This document shows positions 50,238 to 62,051 of a DNA stretch of 64,000 bases, piece after piece (the stretch's first letter is position 1; the number at the start of each line of letters is the position of its first letter). The notes beneath the pieces were generated by a model. It searched no databases. It was not told where the DNA came from and saw only the letters and a list, made by a program, of their open reading frames with translations. A program made the translations under genes and the position numbers. The stretch spans positions 15,998,001 to 16,062,000 of the forward strand of contig NC_045697.1 of NCBI RefSeq assembly GCF_009834535.1, read 5' to 3'. This DNA comes from Camelus ferus (Eukaryota).

Positions 50238-50638
50238 GTATTGAGGTATGATTGAATACAAAAATCTTACATATTTAATGCATACAGTTTGATGAGTTTG
50301 GAAATAAGTACACACCCCTGAAGTCATCATGATTCATGTCGTAGACCTATTCACCACCTCCAAAGTTTCCCTCCGCCCTCTTTTTAATTTTTGTTAATTA
50401 AATTAACAAAATTAAATTTTGTTAATATTTATGATAAGAATACAGCATAAGATTTACTCTCTTAGCCAAATTTTATATGTACAATATAGTATTGTTAACT
50501 GTAGGCACCATGCTATACTGTAGATCTCTAGAACCTATTCGTCTTATAAAATGGAAACTGCATATCTTTTGAACAATACCTCTCCTTTCCCTCTTCCCCC
50601 CAGCCCCTGGTAAACACCATTCCACTCTGCTCCTCTGA
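50238..50638 (-). mobile_element. L1MA/L1MB-type 3' end
   Basis: tattgaggtatgattga...catatttaatgcatacagtttgatgagtttgga...tacaatatagtattgttaactgtaggcaccatgct...agatctctagaac. Confidence 0.9.
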
Positions 50639-50641
50639 TTA

Positions 50642-50850
50642 GCAGATCCAAATCATCATCCCAGGCTCTCTTACCTATTGTCTTTTGACCTTAGACAAAG
50701 TATCTAGACTCACTAAGCCTAGTCCCTCTCTTGTAAAGCAGAGGTGTAAATACTTACCTTGCAGGGTTTCCATGAAGATAAATGGATATAAACATGAGAT
50801 ACATTTATGAGACTCTCTCGTGCATGTTGAGCACTAAATAAATGTTTATC
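50642..50850 (+). mobile_element. MIR SINE
   Basis: tgaccttagacaaag...aagcctag...tgtaaagcagagg...acctt gcagggtttccatgaagataaatg...gagcactaaataaatg. Confidence 0.7.
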
Positions 50851-52619
50851 ACTTTCCATTTTGTTTTCTTTTCTACCTGAGTTTGTAGGAGTGTATTTGG
50901 TTTATGTGAGTTTCTGTACTTTAACTGGCCTCATCGAATTTAGAACTTCTTGAGTGGAATGGGGACCCACCAAATTCTACACGGCTCAAAGCCAATAACT
51001 GTTCTTCACATAGAAAATGCTTGAATTTCCTCAACACTCTGAGAGAGAAATAAATTTCCATTACTTCCAATTATTTCACTTGTAATAATTAGGTATCAAT
51101 CTTATGACTCATGATATTGCCTTATATTGAAATAGTAAGGAAGACAAATGCTTAAGAAGGAAAGGGGAAAATGAGTGTGAGATATTAAAAAAGTTCCCTA
51201 TCCATTTCTGAAATAAATGTAGTGTGCTTGTTTTTGAAGGAATTGCTGCTTCAGGGGAGAAAGGTGAAAATCTATTAAAGGGGAAAAAGTTTCTGAAGAA
51301 GTTGAGAGGTTTCTTTTTATTTCCTTAAACAAATTCTTACTGCCAAGTATTGGCTCTTGGAAAACAGGGTTACCCAGCTATAAAGTTGTAATAGAAAATA
51401 GCAAAGGCAATGAAATGTGCAATTAAGGATCACACACCCCAGATATCTTCTAGTTCATTACTCATCCTCCTATCTCGGCCCAGGAGTTTTCTCAATCTCT
51501 TGCTTTTTACTCCCAGACTCAAGTACAGTGAAACTGATGATAAGGTTCACTCTTTTTTATAGTGTTTCCTTGCACAAAGCAATGATCTCTTAAAGATGAA
51601 GTTTAATGCTCCCGCAGGAAATGAGGTCCATTTTAGACTCTTTTCTGCATGGTAGCATTCTCTTTTTCTCAGTGAGTGTTATAAGCTAGATCAGTAGTTA
51701 TAGGGATTTTTTTTTTTACTGGAGTCACCAGTAGAGGGAGTTCAAACCAAGTAGTGTGAAATTTGGGGGAAGGGGTAGTTCTAGAACTTTCCAGGGTGCT
51801 ATGTATCATGGGCTGAATTCAGGGGACTGAGGGAATCAGATGTATATGGAATCATTAATTGATTCTTTCAAAAAACACTGAGCTGAGACAGGTGATGAAG
51901 ATTAAAAAGAGAGAGAAAGAGAGAATCTATACTCTCCTCAAAGGGTTTATGGTTTGGTGAGGGAATGTCTATGTGAGCCCATCGACTATAAAACCTTGTT
52001 CTTGGTATAATTACAGGATGTGAACAAAATCCTGTATGGATGGGACCGGATGGGAACTGCTAAGTTAACCAGGTTGGTGGTAGGGGCTGAGAGGAAGGTC
52101 GTATGTTCAGTGTGGGTCCCAGAGTAATGAGACAGAGCCCTTCTCTTCAAAGGATCTAGTAAGCTGGGAAGGTGGGGTCATGGATTCTGTAAGCCTGGGA
52201 GTGAGATATTTAGCAGAGACCCTGAAGACTCAGGGTTAGAACACCTTTTTTTCTGCCACTAAATGGCTCTGTGACCTTAACCAGTCAATTATTTAGAGCT
52301 TTACTCAGGTATAAATGAAGTGGGGTTGGTGGTTCAGTACTTTAAATTCCCTTCTATGATGAATGCCGAGAAGCATAGCAAGGGGACATAGGGGTAAAGA
52401 AAATGGAAACCTGTAGTCTGTTACTGGTGGAGTCGCCTCCTTTGTGCCCTTCGGTTACCTCCTCAAGTCACTGTCCTGCCACTGTGGTGCTCACAAAGTC
52501 CCCTTTGATCACTCTTCCTCATTGATGTCCTGAGCAGTTAGGAGTGTTCTTAAATGTGGGTTAGGAATAACCCACTCAAAAACCAATATCCCCAGCTGGG
52601 ACAAATTCATTGTGGTTTA

Positions 52620-52845
52620 GGGGACCTCCCTTTGTGTTTCCACAGGTACCTGGGCTTACCTCTAGTATAAGAAATGTGACTATGTATTGTAATAGGTTAG
52701 TTGTTTAGCCTGCTGTTTGAAGAGAGGAGGAAGCCCCAATAATGTCTCCACTGCAACACTCAGCACAGAGCTCGGAATGCAGTAAATGCTTAACGCATGT
52801 TTGCTGGATGAATGGATGAATGGATGAATCAACGAGTGAATGCAT
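52620..52845 (+). mobile_element. L2 3' end with (GGATGAAT)n tail
   Basis: cagcacagagctcggaatgcagtaaatgcttaacgcatgtttgctggatgaatggatgaatggatgaa. Confidence 0.75.
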
Positions 52846-54794
52846 TCACATTTTGCTGACAGTCTGATGGTTATACACAGCCTACAATTTCCCCCAGGTT
52901 ATGATAATATCGAGCAGCCACAAAGGTTGAGCTCCAGGCATAACTATGATCTTTATTTCAAGTGCAAATAGCCTTCTGTTTTGTAGAATTTTGTGGAAAA
53001 GTCTAGTATCATAAAGACCTTCTCCTGAGATTGATTTTTCCCTCAAATCCCTCAAATGTGTCAAAATGCCACAAAACAAAGTTCAGCAGAAAATGCAGTG
53101 AAAATTATTCAAGGTGGGCAAGGAGAAAAGATCAAAGCAAGTCTTTCAGGATGACTAGGATATTTGAAGTCTAATGACCTTAGAAGTTCCTTGTAAAGCT
53201 GGATTAGTTGACTCAGGTGAAGAGGTGAATCTTACTACTTTCAGTAAAGTCTTTTCTCCTCGCCCATCCTGAATAATTTCCCCTGCCTGTTTCTCCATTT
53301 CTAATTCTTTCTAATTTGCACCATATTCCAAGGCTAGTGCTTTCAGTAATGTTACAACATTGAAGTTGTGATATTCTTGTGAAGAAAACATTGTCTCTAT
53401 TTAAAGATTAGAAAGTTGGAGGGGAATAACTTGCTCAAGATTTTGCAGCTGCTAAGTGTCAGAGTTAGAACTCACACCAAGATCAAGCTAATTTTATTAT
53501 CTGTATTCTTTTAGTTATTTCATGTTGTCTCTTATGATAGTAAATTCTTGATAGATGGAATAGATTTGGTCTAATAATCAGAAAATCCAGTGAAATAAGA
53601 AGACAATTGTAAATGGTCAGTACATAGAAAAATCAATTTGTTGCCTGCATTTTGGCCTGTGAAAATCTCGTAAGGTGTTATGAAATATCTCCATATATTA
53701 GGTTTTTCCATAATAAGACAAGAAATTCAAGGAATTTTGGAATTCATTTTTTCAGAGAATATTAATTGATCACCTACTGGGTACCTGTTTTCTGGAGCTC
53801 AGGACCTAGCAGAACTGAACAAAATCCTTGCTCTCAGGAAACCTGGACCTGTGAGCAGCACAGACAAAAATCCAAGTCATCATGGAACTCTTATTTCCAT
53901 TATTGTCTCAATTACAATTCAGGTGGAAGCAAATTACCCACAAATACGCAGATAATTGTCTCTGCACTCCATTTCACTGCTCCTGTAGACTTGACCAGCC
54001 TTAAATACCCATTGGGGACCCCATATAAACATTCCTTTGACAAAAAATTCAATTTGGAGGATAGAGAATAAAGCAAAATATACAAAATTTTTTTTTGGTC
54101 TCTGTTCTGTTTCTCAGTGGACAATATTGAAGTAATCTAATTTCTGCTATGGTATCATGGTAATGAGACTTTGTGTTCCAGTATTATATGGGAATCTGGG
54201 GACTGTTGACAATAATTGTGCTTTAAAAGTGTGTGAATTATTCAGTGAATTAAAATTTATTTCATTAACTCACTCAAACTACACAGGTGTGGACAATACC
54301 CACCAAGGTCGTCACTGTGCACAGGCTGAGCCCCTGTGGATGTGGTAGGTCAGTAACTCATGAAGACATCCTATGACCTTCATTTGGGAAAAACTTTTTT
54401 TTTTTCAAAGAGAAAATTGGTCACCACACATCCTGCATTTACCAGGTAGTTGTTTCTTCTCCTTCACGTGCCTCTAGGTTCTTGTAGATGGCTTATTCCA
54501 AGAGAGTGCAATTTTTAATCTTTGAATCTAAGAATGGCCCTCTTTATCAAGCAGCATCTCTTGGAAGACAGGATACTTGAATAGTTCCAATTATTGGTAG
54601 TGACTGCATGTTTAAGACATATAGTCCATGACCTGCAAACTTTGGGAATCCTAGGATTTAAGATTTGTGGCTTTGGCATGTTGGGTATGATCTTGGGTAT
54701 CCCTGAAACAGTAATAGGTCATTTTTGGGGGGAGGGGATGTGAATTCAAATCAGCTGTTATTGAAGGCAAATGTGTAGGATAATTCAGACTTAC

Positions 54795-54945
54795 GGTAGC
54801 GTCTTACATTTGCATGACATATACATCACCAAAGGACTTTGAAAATTCATATCCTGACTCACTGGGTCCAGAGAGGGGTCTGAGATTCTGCTTTTTTCTC
54901 CAGGGATGCCAATGAGGTCCTTTGTGCACACTTGAAACGGTGAGG
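54795..54945. mobile_element. Degraded MER5-like MITE
   Basis: tgactcactgggtccagagaggggtctgagattctgcttttt...ccagggatgccaatg. Confidence 0.5.
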
Positions 54946-55902
54946 AAGAGTTGGCCAGTGAACCTGTTGGACTACCCATGCATCACAGCTCAAGGCAGCT
55001 GTGCTGTGTTCCTTTATTGTTACATGTCCAGTAATTTTAATTAAGGATTTAAGGAAGGAACTTACAATTTTAGGGTTGTAACTGAATGCACTTTATGAAG
55101 AAAGTATATGCTATGGTGATGTGCTTCACAATTTGGGATGAAGAAGCTCTCACTTGAGATATAACCCTTATCCATGCCCAGGGCTCCTTGTGTACAATTG
55201 AGGAACTCCTTCACATATGCTCTCTTATTTGGACCGTACTAGCTCTGTGAGGCAGACCCACTGAATATTCTGCTAACATAGTTTTACAGATAATTCAAAT
55301 GAGAAACCTAGGAAGTGGGAGACAGCCCCAAGATCACATAAAGCATTGGGATAAAACAAGGGTCTGAAACCAAGGATCCTAGCTCTCTGTCTGGTAGCAG
55401 ATCCACCTAATACAAAGGTTTTCATTTTATCCTTCCAAAAGCCTCTAGATTGATTGCTTTGCTTCACATAATGTACGTTCAAACTATAATCATTATATGT
55501 GCTTGGCTATTATCAATGCCATTACCATTACCATCCCAAACAGGCCATAACAGTGCTTCTGACAAGCACTTTTTGTTTTAAACAAAAACAAATGTTTAAA
55601 GAATATTTTGTGTGGCACACACACTGGATATACAAAGGGACAGAAGAGTCTAAGCCTCAAGTACCACAAAGATGATTTTGATGACAACAGCAGAAAGGTG
55701 ATTTGAGATATCAAGTTACAAATATCAAATTAAATGAGTTAATGCACTTTCATTAGACACTTAGTAGCTAATGGACACTCAAATAATGTTACTATCAAAC
55801 AGGTGTCCAAACAATAAAAGCTATAAAATATTAAATTGCCTAGTGGTCAAGGAAATCTCAACTGATGAAGCAGGATTTTTGGTAACTCTTGGAAGGAATA
55901 AG

Positions 55903-56150
55903 ATTACAGTGGTTAAGAGCCAGGCTCTGGAGTTTGACTGTTGGGGTTTGAATTACAGCTCAACCATTCCCATCCTGTGTAAATTTGGTTACATAAATTG
56001 GCTCAGTTGTTTTCAGAAGTAACTCTAAACTGGCTTATCGGTAAACCTGGGAGGAAATAACTGGTTCTACCTCAGGGGTTGTTGAGAAACTTAAATAAGA
56101 CATTAAAAAACACTTAATACACTGCCTGATGCACAGTAAATGCTCTGTAA
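55903..56150 (+). mobile_element. MIR SINE
   Basis: cagtggttaagagccaggctctggagt...gggtttgaat...ctacctcaggggttgttgaga...tgcctgatgcacagtaaatgctc. Confidence 0.85.
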
Positions 56151-56157
56151 TCAGAGC

Positions 56158-56400
56158 AGATTTTATTGAGCACTTACTAAGTTCTAATCGTAAGCACTAC
56201 TTCCATGTGTCCACTCATTTTAGCTTCACAGAAATCCCATGATGTAAGGGCATTATTATTCCCATTTTAGAGATAAGGATACTAAAGTCCAGAGACATTA
56301 AATGACTTGCCTTATCTCATGCAATTTGGAGTTGTGAGAAATGGGATTAAAACCCAGGTATCTGGCCTCAAACCTGTGTTCTTTACTAAACTCTACCAAC
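56158..56400 (-). mobile_element. MIR SINE
   Basis: tttattgagcacttacta...attattattcccattttagagataaggatactaaagtccagaga...aaatgacttgcc...gggattaaaacccagg. Confidence 0.9.
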
Positions 56401-58479
56401 TGTACAAATGTCAGTTCTACTGTTACTACCACCACCACTTCTGCTATTTATTTTTGTTGTTACTCTTGTTGTTGTGAGTTGCTTTGTATGCCGTTAAAGC
56501 TTTAGGAAAGCTGAATAAAATAAGGAGGTGCGGGGTGCACTCTAGTGTGAGTAAAGGTAGAAAGGTGGAGATCCATCTGACCTGATGGCCCCTGGGCCAA
56601 TTGGACTGAGGCGGAGAGCTGTGGGGTGAAGAAGTAAGAAACTGGATTGAGGAGGGTATTGGCACCAGACCACAGAAGATCTTTAATATCATTCTAACAT
56701 GATAAGGCTTTGCTCTGAGGGAAATGAGGGATTTCACAGCTTTGGGGTAAGGGAATGGTTTAGTTGCATCACTGTTTAGAATGCATAAAAGTAGAAGGGA
56801 AGGGGAGAGAGACAAGGAGACCGGTTAGGTGTATACATGGATGTTGGTACATTTATTCACTCATTCATTGATCACCCACCCATGTGCCCCACCCACTCTG
56901 GTGCATGTTAGGAATACAGCTAAAAAGGCCTTAGCTATTCTTACGACAACAGATACCATCACAGACTCACAAACACATACCGTGTGCACTAAGAAACATA
57001 CATGTAAAGTAACGAGGCTAATTGCACAAGACTCTTATGGAATCTGTCTTATTACTTTACAGCCTTGTCTCCTATATAAGTAATAGATCAGAAAATAAAA
57101 GCTGGGGAATCAATCACGCTGCTTAGATGTTCTTCTTCTCCGTGACTCACTTAGTGGGTATGTGATGGAAGGAACTTTTATGGTGGGGAAATTCCTATCA
57201 GTCACAGCTTTTATAACTGCCTATTGATGATATACACAGCTCTATAATGGCTGTGCTAAAATTGGCTTTTACTTCCTTAAACCATCATTGTATTGAACCA
57301 TGTAACCAGAAAATCACAATGTGGTGATCCTTCTCTACACTAATCCTTCCATGAGCGCTTAATGACTTGTCTGTTCATCTTGGAGATAATAAACCTTGCA
57401 TTGAAGCAATAGCTGTCTTGGTGACTTTGCATAAATCATTATTTGTAAAAGTGAAGGAAAACCTATAGATAGGAACCAAGGACTGGGATTGCTCAGCTTC
57501 TAAGAATTAGCTCTGGTAATTGCTGTGATTGCATCAGGAATGCACTAACCAAATAGATGCAGACCAAAAAGTAAACATCATCTCTCAAAGTGATCAATAT
57601 AACAACTTCCAACACAGGAAGGGCAATTATTAAATATCCTAGCAAGGTTTGTCTGAGCAAAAAAACATTGCAGTGAAATGCCTGCTAGGTAGAAAATGGG
57701 GAACAGACGAAGACCAATAGAAACATGGAGAGTTATTCTTTCACAGCTAAAAATCAAGTTGAAATGTTGTAAGAAAGTGTACGTAGAAAATAGTTATGTC
57801 ATTAAAATAGAACAACTTACAGTGCTAAACCTAGCTATTTCCAGTGATTTAAAAATATCACTTCAATTAAGATTGTCTTCTCAAGGCAGGAGACTGATTT
57901 GTTTCCCAAGTGAGATTTGTAACATCCTGTTTTTCAGCATCTCCCCACACCTTGAGTCACTGATGAATCACTCTATTTCTCAGCATCCTATGAAGCTACG
58001 AGAACACCGACATTTTCGTGAAGCAAATACAGATAGAATTTTTCCCCAAACACAGATTCACAAGAAAATAAGGCAAAGAGAAATTGAAGAGAGATGTAGG
58101 ACACTATATTTAGGCCAATTGCCTGATTTCCACTGGACTTTATCCTAATTTCTTTTAGACTCTTGTCCCAGAGGCTGATTTTGTCATTCAAAAAGCAGAA
58201 AAACCTACAGGTGGAGAGCTCAGCCAGCAGAAAATACCCTCAGATTAGCAACAGACCAGTAAACAACATGCTGCGGAGCCTGAAGCTGATAGACTGTCAT
58301 CCCGATGGGCTAGCCAGTGGTTCGGAGTTTGTACAGGGAGGCTTTGCTGGTTTGTTTGTTTCTGTTTCTTTTCCATTTTATCATTTCTCCTCTTTATACA
58401 CTTTATTGCTTTCTCCATGCCTCCTCCCTCCGCTACTCCTCTTCCTTTCTTCCTGTCTTCCTGCTTTCTTTCATTCTTC

Positions 58480-59101
58480 CCACCTGGCTTGGGGCAATAG
58501 TCTTCTAGCTGGTTCCCCACATTCCACCCGTGCCCCTAAAGTCTGTGATCAACGCTGTAGCCAGAGAGATATTTTTAGGACACAGGTCAGGTCATACCCC
58601 TTCTCAGTGAAACATCCTGCTCTGGCTTCCCATTTTACCCAAGTCCATGCTAAAGCCCATGCAGAGGCTAGACGTTCCTAAAAGACCCAGTCCTCTGTTT
58701 ACCTGCTGAGCTCCTCCCTTCCTTCTTTCTCCCAGACAAGACCTGCCCACTCCTAACTTAGCACTCTTTTATTGGCTTTTCCCCCAGTATCTGAATGATG
58801 GACTCTCCCCTTCAAGACTTTGCTTAAACCTCACCTTCTCAATGACCACTGACCACCGTGTTTAAAACTGAAACCAATCCCCCTCTCCTTCACCCCTGGA
58901 ATTCTTGATTTCCTTAACCTTACTCTTTTTAACATATTATGCAATTTATATTTTTATTATGTTTATTGTTTTTCTTCTTTCACTCGAATGTAAACTCCAT
59001 TAGAAAGGGATCTTTGCCTGTTCAATGATTTATTGCCTGAGCCTAGAACAATGACTGAGAAGAGCAAACACTCAATAAATATATTTGTCCGAAAAAATGA
59101 A
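58480..59101 (+). mobile_element. L2 3' end
   Basis: gtagccagagagatatttt...caggtcaggtcat...gaatgtaaactccat...gcctagaacaatgactg...cactcaataaatatatttg. Confidence 0.88.
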
Positions 59102-59109
59102 AGTAACCT

Positions 59110-61490
59110 ATCTTCAAGGTGGGAGACAGACAAGATAGTGAAATATAACACAATTGATAAGTGTGATGATGGAGGTCTGTAGTTATTTCAAAAGCAAAAA
59201 TAGAGATTTCCCTTTTCTGTTAGCATGGGTTGGGGGGAGACAAAGTGAGGAAATGACCAGAGAAATGATCGCATCAGTGTAGAATTTGGGAGCATGATGA
59301 AAAGTTCAGCAGGCAGACTAGAATAGTCAAGGGTGAGGGAGGGCATTCCAGACAGAAAGAACAGTGTATGAGAAGGCAGACAGGTGTGAGAGAATGAGCC
59401 ACTTTGTGTATGTATTTGTGGGAAGAAGGGTGCAAACAATATGCCTGGGTGTGTTACAGGGAACTTACAGAGTAGAGGCTAGAAATGCAGTTGTAGGGGT
59501 AGAGCAATAGAGGAGCAAGATAATGACGGGTCTTACTTGCGAAGCTCAAGAGATTAGATTTGTCCTGAAGACAACAGGTATTCACTGAAGGACTGAGCAG
59601 CGGAGGAATGATGAGACTGAAAATTTTAAATATAGTGGTAGCATATGATGGATGGGAGAAGGGTGCTTCTGGAGTCTAAGAAGCCATTTGCAGGATATTG
59701 GTGGAGATTTCAATCAAGGCAATGGAACCAGAGAGCACAGGGTCATGTCTGAGAAAGATTTAAAAGGACGACCTCTCACGAATCAGTAGCCGATAGCCTA
59801 TGAAGTAGAAGGAACAAGGATGAGTCTAAGATAATTCTGACATTTTTAGTAAGAGTGACCAATTGGATTGTAATCATATTAGCTATCAATGGACAATTAA
59901 GGGATGAGCAGACTTGGGGAAATAACGTTTGCAGTGAAATGTTGAGTTTGTGGTACTAGGGAGCTCCCAAGAGGAGTTATGAGGTAGTTAAAAATAAGTG
60001 AACTAAGCAGGTAGGACTTAAGATACAAGTCTGGAAAGGTAGTGATAGAGATTTAAACAGGAATAGTGAATGACAGTTAAATATGATGCTCAGTGTCATG
60101 GCCCCTCCAGAATCAGCCGAGTTTGATAAGAGAATCGAGGTTGGTGTTCTAAGGAAGGTTGCTATTTAATTGTTAGGGAGACAAAGTACTACCTGTGAAT
60201 GGGATATTGTACAAATTGTCAAAGATTTGGTAAGATGAGGAGGGTGTAGTGGTGCCAAGGAAGCCAAGAAAGAAAGGAATGGCCTCCTCGATTTTGTACT
60301 ATAGAGACACCATGGAAGATAAGGAATGGAGATCAAGGATCTGCCCAACTTACTAAGAAAAATTTTCAGACGAGCTTTGGGGATGGAAGCCAAGCTATAG
60401 AATATTGAGAAGCCTAAGGGAGATGATGGGTGGAAGATTATATTTATAGATGAAACTTCAAGAAACTGGATGTGAAGGGTAGCATAGAAATAAGAACTTG
60501 TTTAAAGTTGGATATAAGGTGAAGAGAAAGTTATTTCTCATACAAGAGAGACTTGTTGGGCAGACTAATTTGACGTTGACCAAGAGTTTGAAAATGAAGG
60601 AGAGAGAGGATAAGCTGTTTTCAGCCCTGCATTAAGGGGCTCATTCTGTGTGAGGAATCATAGTATTTGGGATATAGATCATAGGTGGAGATATTAACCC
60701 CCAAAAGAAAAAAAAGATCACTTGTTCTTTAGACTTGAGAGGAGAGGGTGGTGGTGTTTGCAAGTAGATATGTAGGAAACATTGAGGTTTTAAGAAATCA
60801 GTATGTAACTCTCCCTCCCCACCACCATGTTCAAAACCAAATGAAGAATAACACAGTTAAGCAGAGCCATGTAACTCAACATGGAAGCTATAAGAATGCT
60901 GAGTTGTCTGAACAATGTCACTATAAGGTATGGGCACAGAGACTTGCTAACATTCTAGCCAGGAATTAGGAATTAGACAGAATTTAGAGCTGGACATCTC
61001 CAAGCTTCCCCACACAGAATGGGCCCCTTGCTTGAGGGCCAAGAACAGTGAGCAGATGTCAGTGTGTGCTCTCTGAAGACAGGTCTCGAGGAGAGAAAGG
61101 GGTTGAAGTGAAGAGGTCCAGTCCTTTCTTCTGCACTAACCAATCAGATGCTAAATTCTGGAAACATGAAATTAATGATACCAGAAGTCTCCTTTCCAAG
61201 AGGGATATAGATAAAGTGCCTCCTCTCTTTGAGGGAGAAGAGAAAAGGGGAGAAGGGCTGAGGAAACACAGTAATATGTTTAACGGCTGCTGTGAGGAAT
61301 GGAAGAGTGACCTGGGACCTACAGAAGGATCGTTGAGTCCAGCTGAGGATGGAGAACATATGTTTGCTCTTCTACAGAAGGACCCAGCAGGTATTGTGTA
61401 GGAGATAAAATATTTTAATTCATACTGTATTGGGAAATTTCATGGGAGTTGCAGTGGTGGCAAAAGAACAGTTGAAATAATACATTGTGA
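59110..61490 (-). mobile_element. Long degraded L2 LINE
   Basis: gggcattccagacagaaagaacagtgtatgagaagg...gagtctaagataattctgacatttttag...gttgagtttgtggtact; purine-rich L2-type sequence throughout; right boundary approximate. Confidence 0.65.
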
Positions 61491-61501
61491 TGTCCAGGCT
61501 T

Positions 61502-62051
61502 GAGTTTCAGTCCTCTATTGCTGCATAACAAATAACTCCTAATGTGAATGGCTTAAAGCAGTAATTCATTGTCTCTCATGGCCAGGAATTCAGGCAAGGC
61601 TCAGCTGGACCGTTCTTCTGGTGAAATGCCATCATGGAGGTTGGCCATCTGGCTGCATTCCGTTGGATCTAGACTGGGCTGGAAGGTCTAGGATGAATTC
61701 ATTTACAAGTCTGGCACCTCTATGTGGTCTTTCTTTGTTTCTCTCTCTCCCTCTCTTTTCCCCTTCCCTCTCATCTCTCTCTCCACATTTCGTCTTATCA
61801 TTTAATGATCTCACTAGCTTCTTTATGGCAGGTTGGCTTCCCTCGAGAGCACAGAAGGAAAAGCTGCCAGTCCTCTTCAAAGTGAGGATGGGAACTTGAA
61901 CAAAGTCACTTCTACACATTCCATTAATTACAAGCCCAGCCCAGATTCAAAGAGAATGATTGAAATAGACTCTCCCTCTCAATGAGGGGCAAGCTGCCTG
62001 TACAGGGAGACGGGCAATTGATGAGAACCTCCTCTGGAGACTACCTACCAC
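61502..62051 (-). mobile_element. MaLR solo LTR (MLT1H/G-like)
   Basis: ctattgctgcataacaaata...ggcttaaa...caggaattcaggcaaggctcagctgg...cagcccagattcaa...ggagactacctaccaca. Confidence 0.85.

Noticed and set aside
57696..58681. 150-aa and 172-aa ORFs
   Set aside because: No recognisable domain; the second runs through a pyrimidine-rich low-complexity tract into an L2
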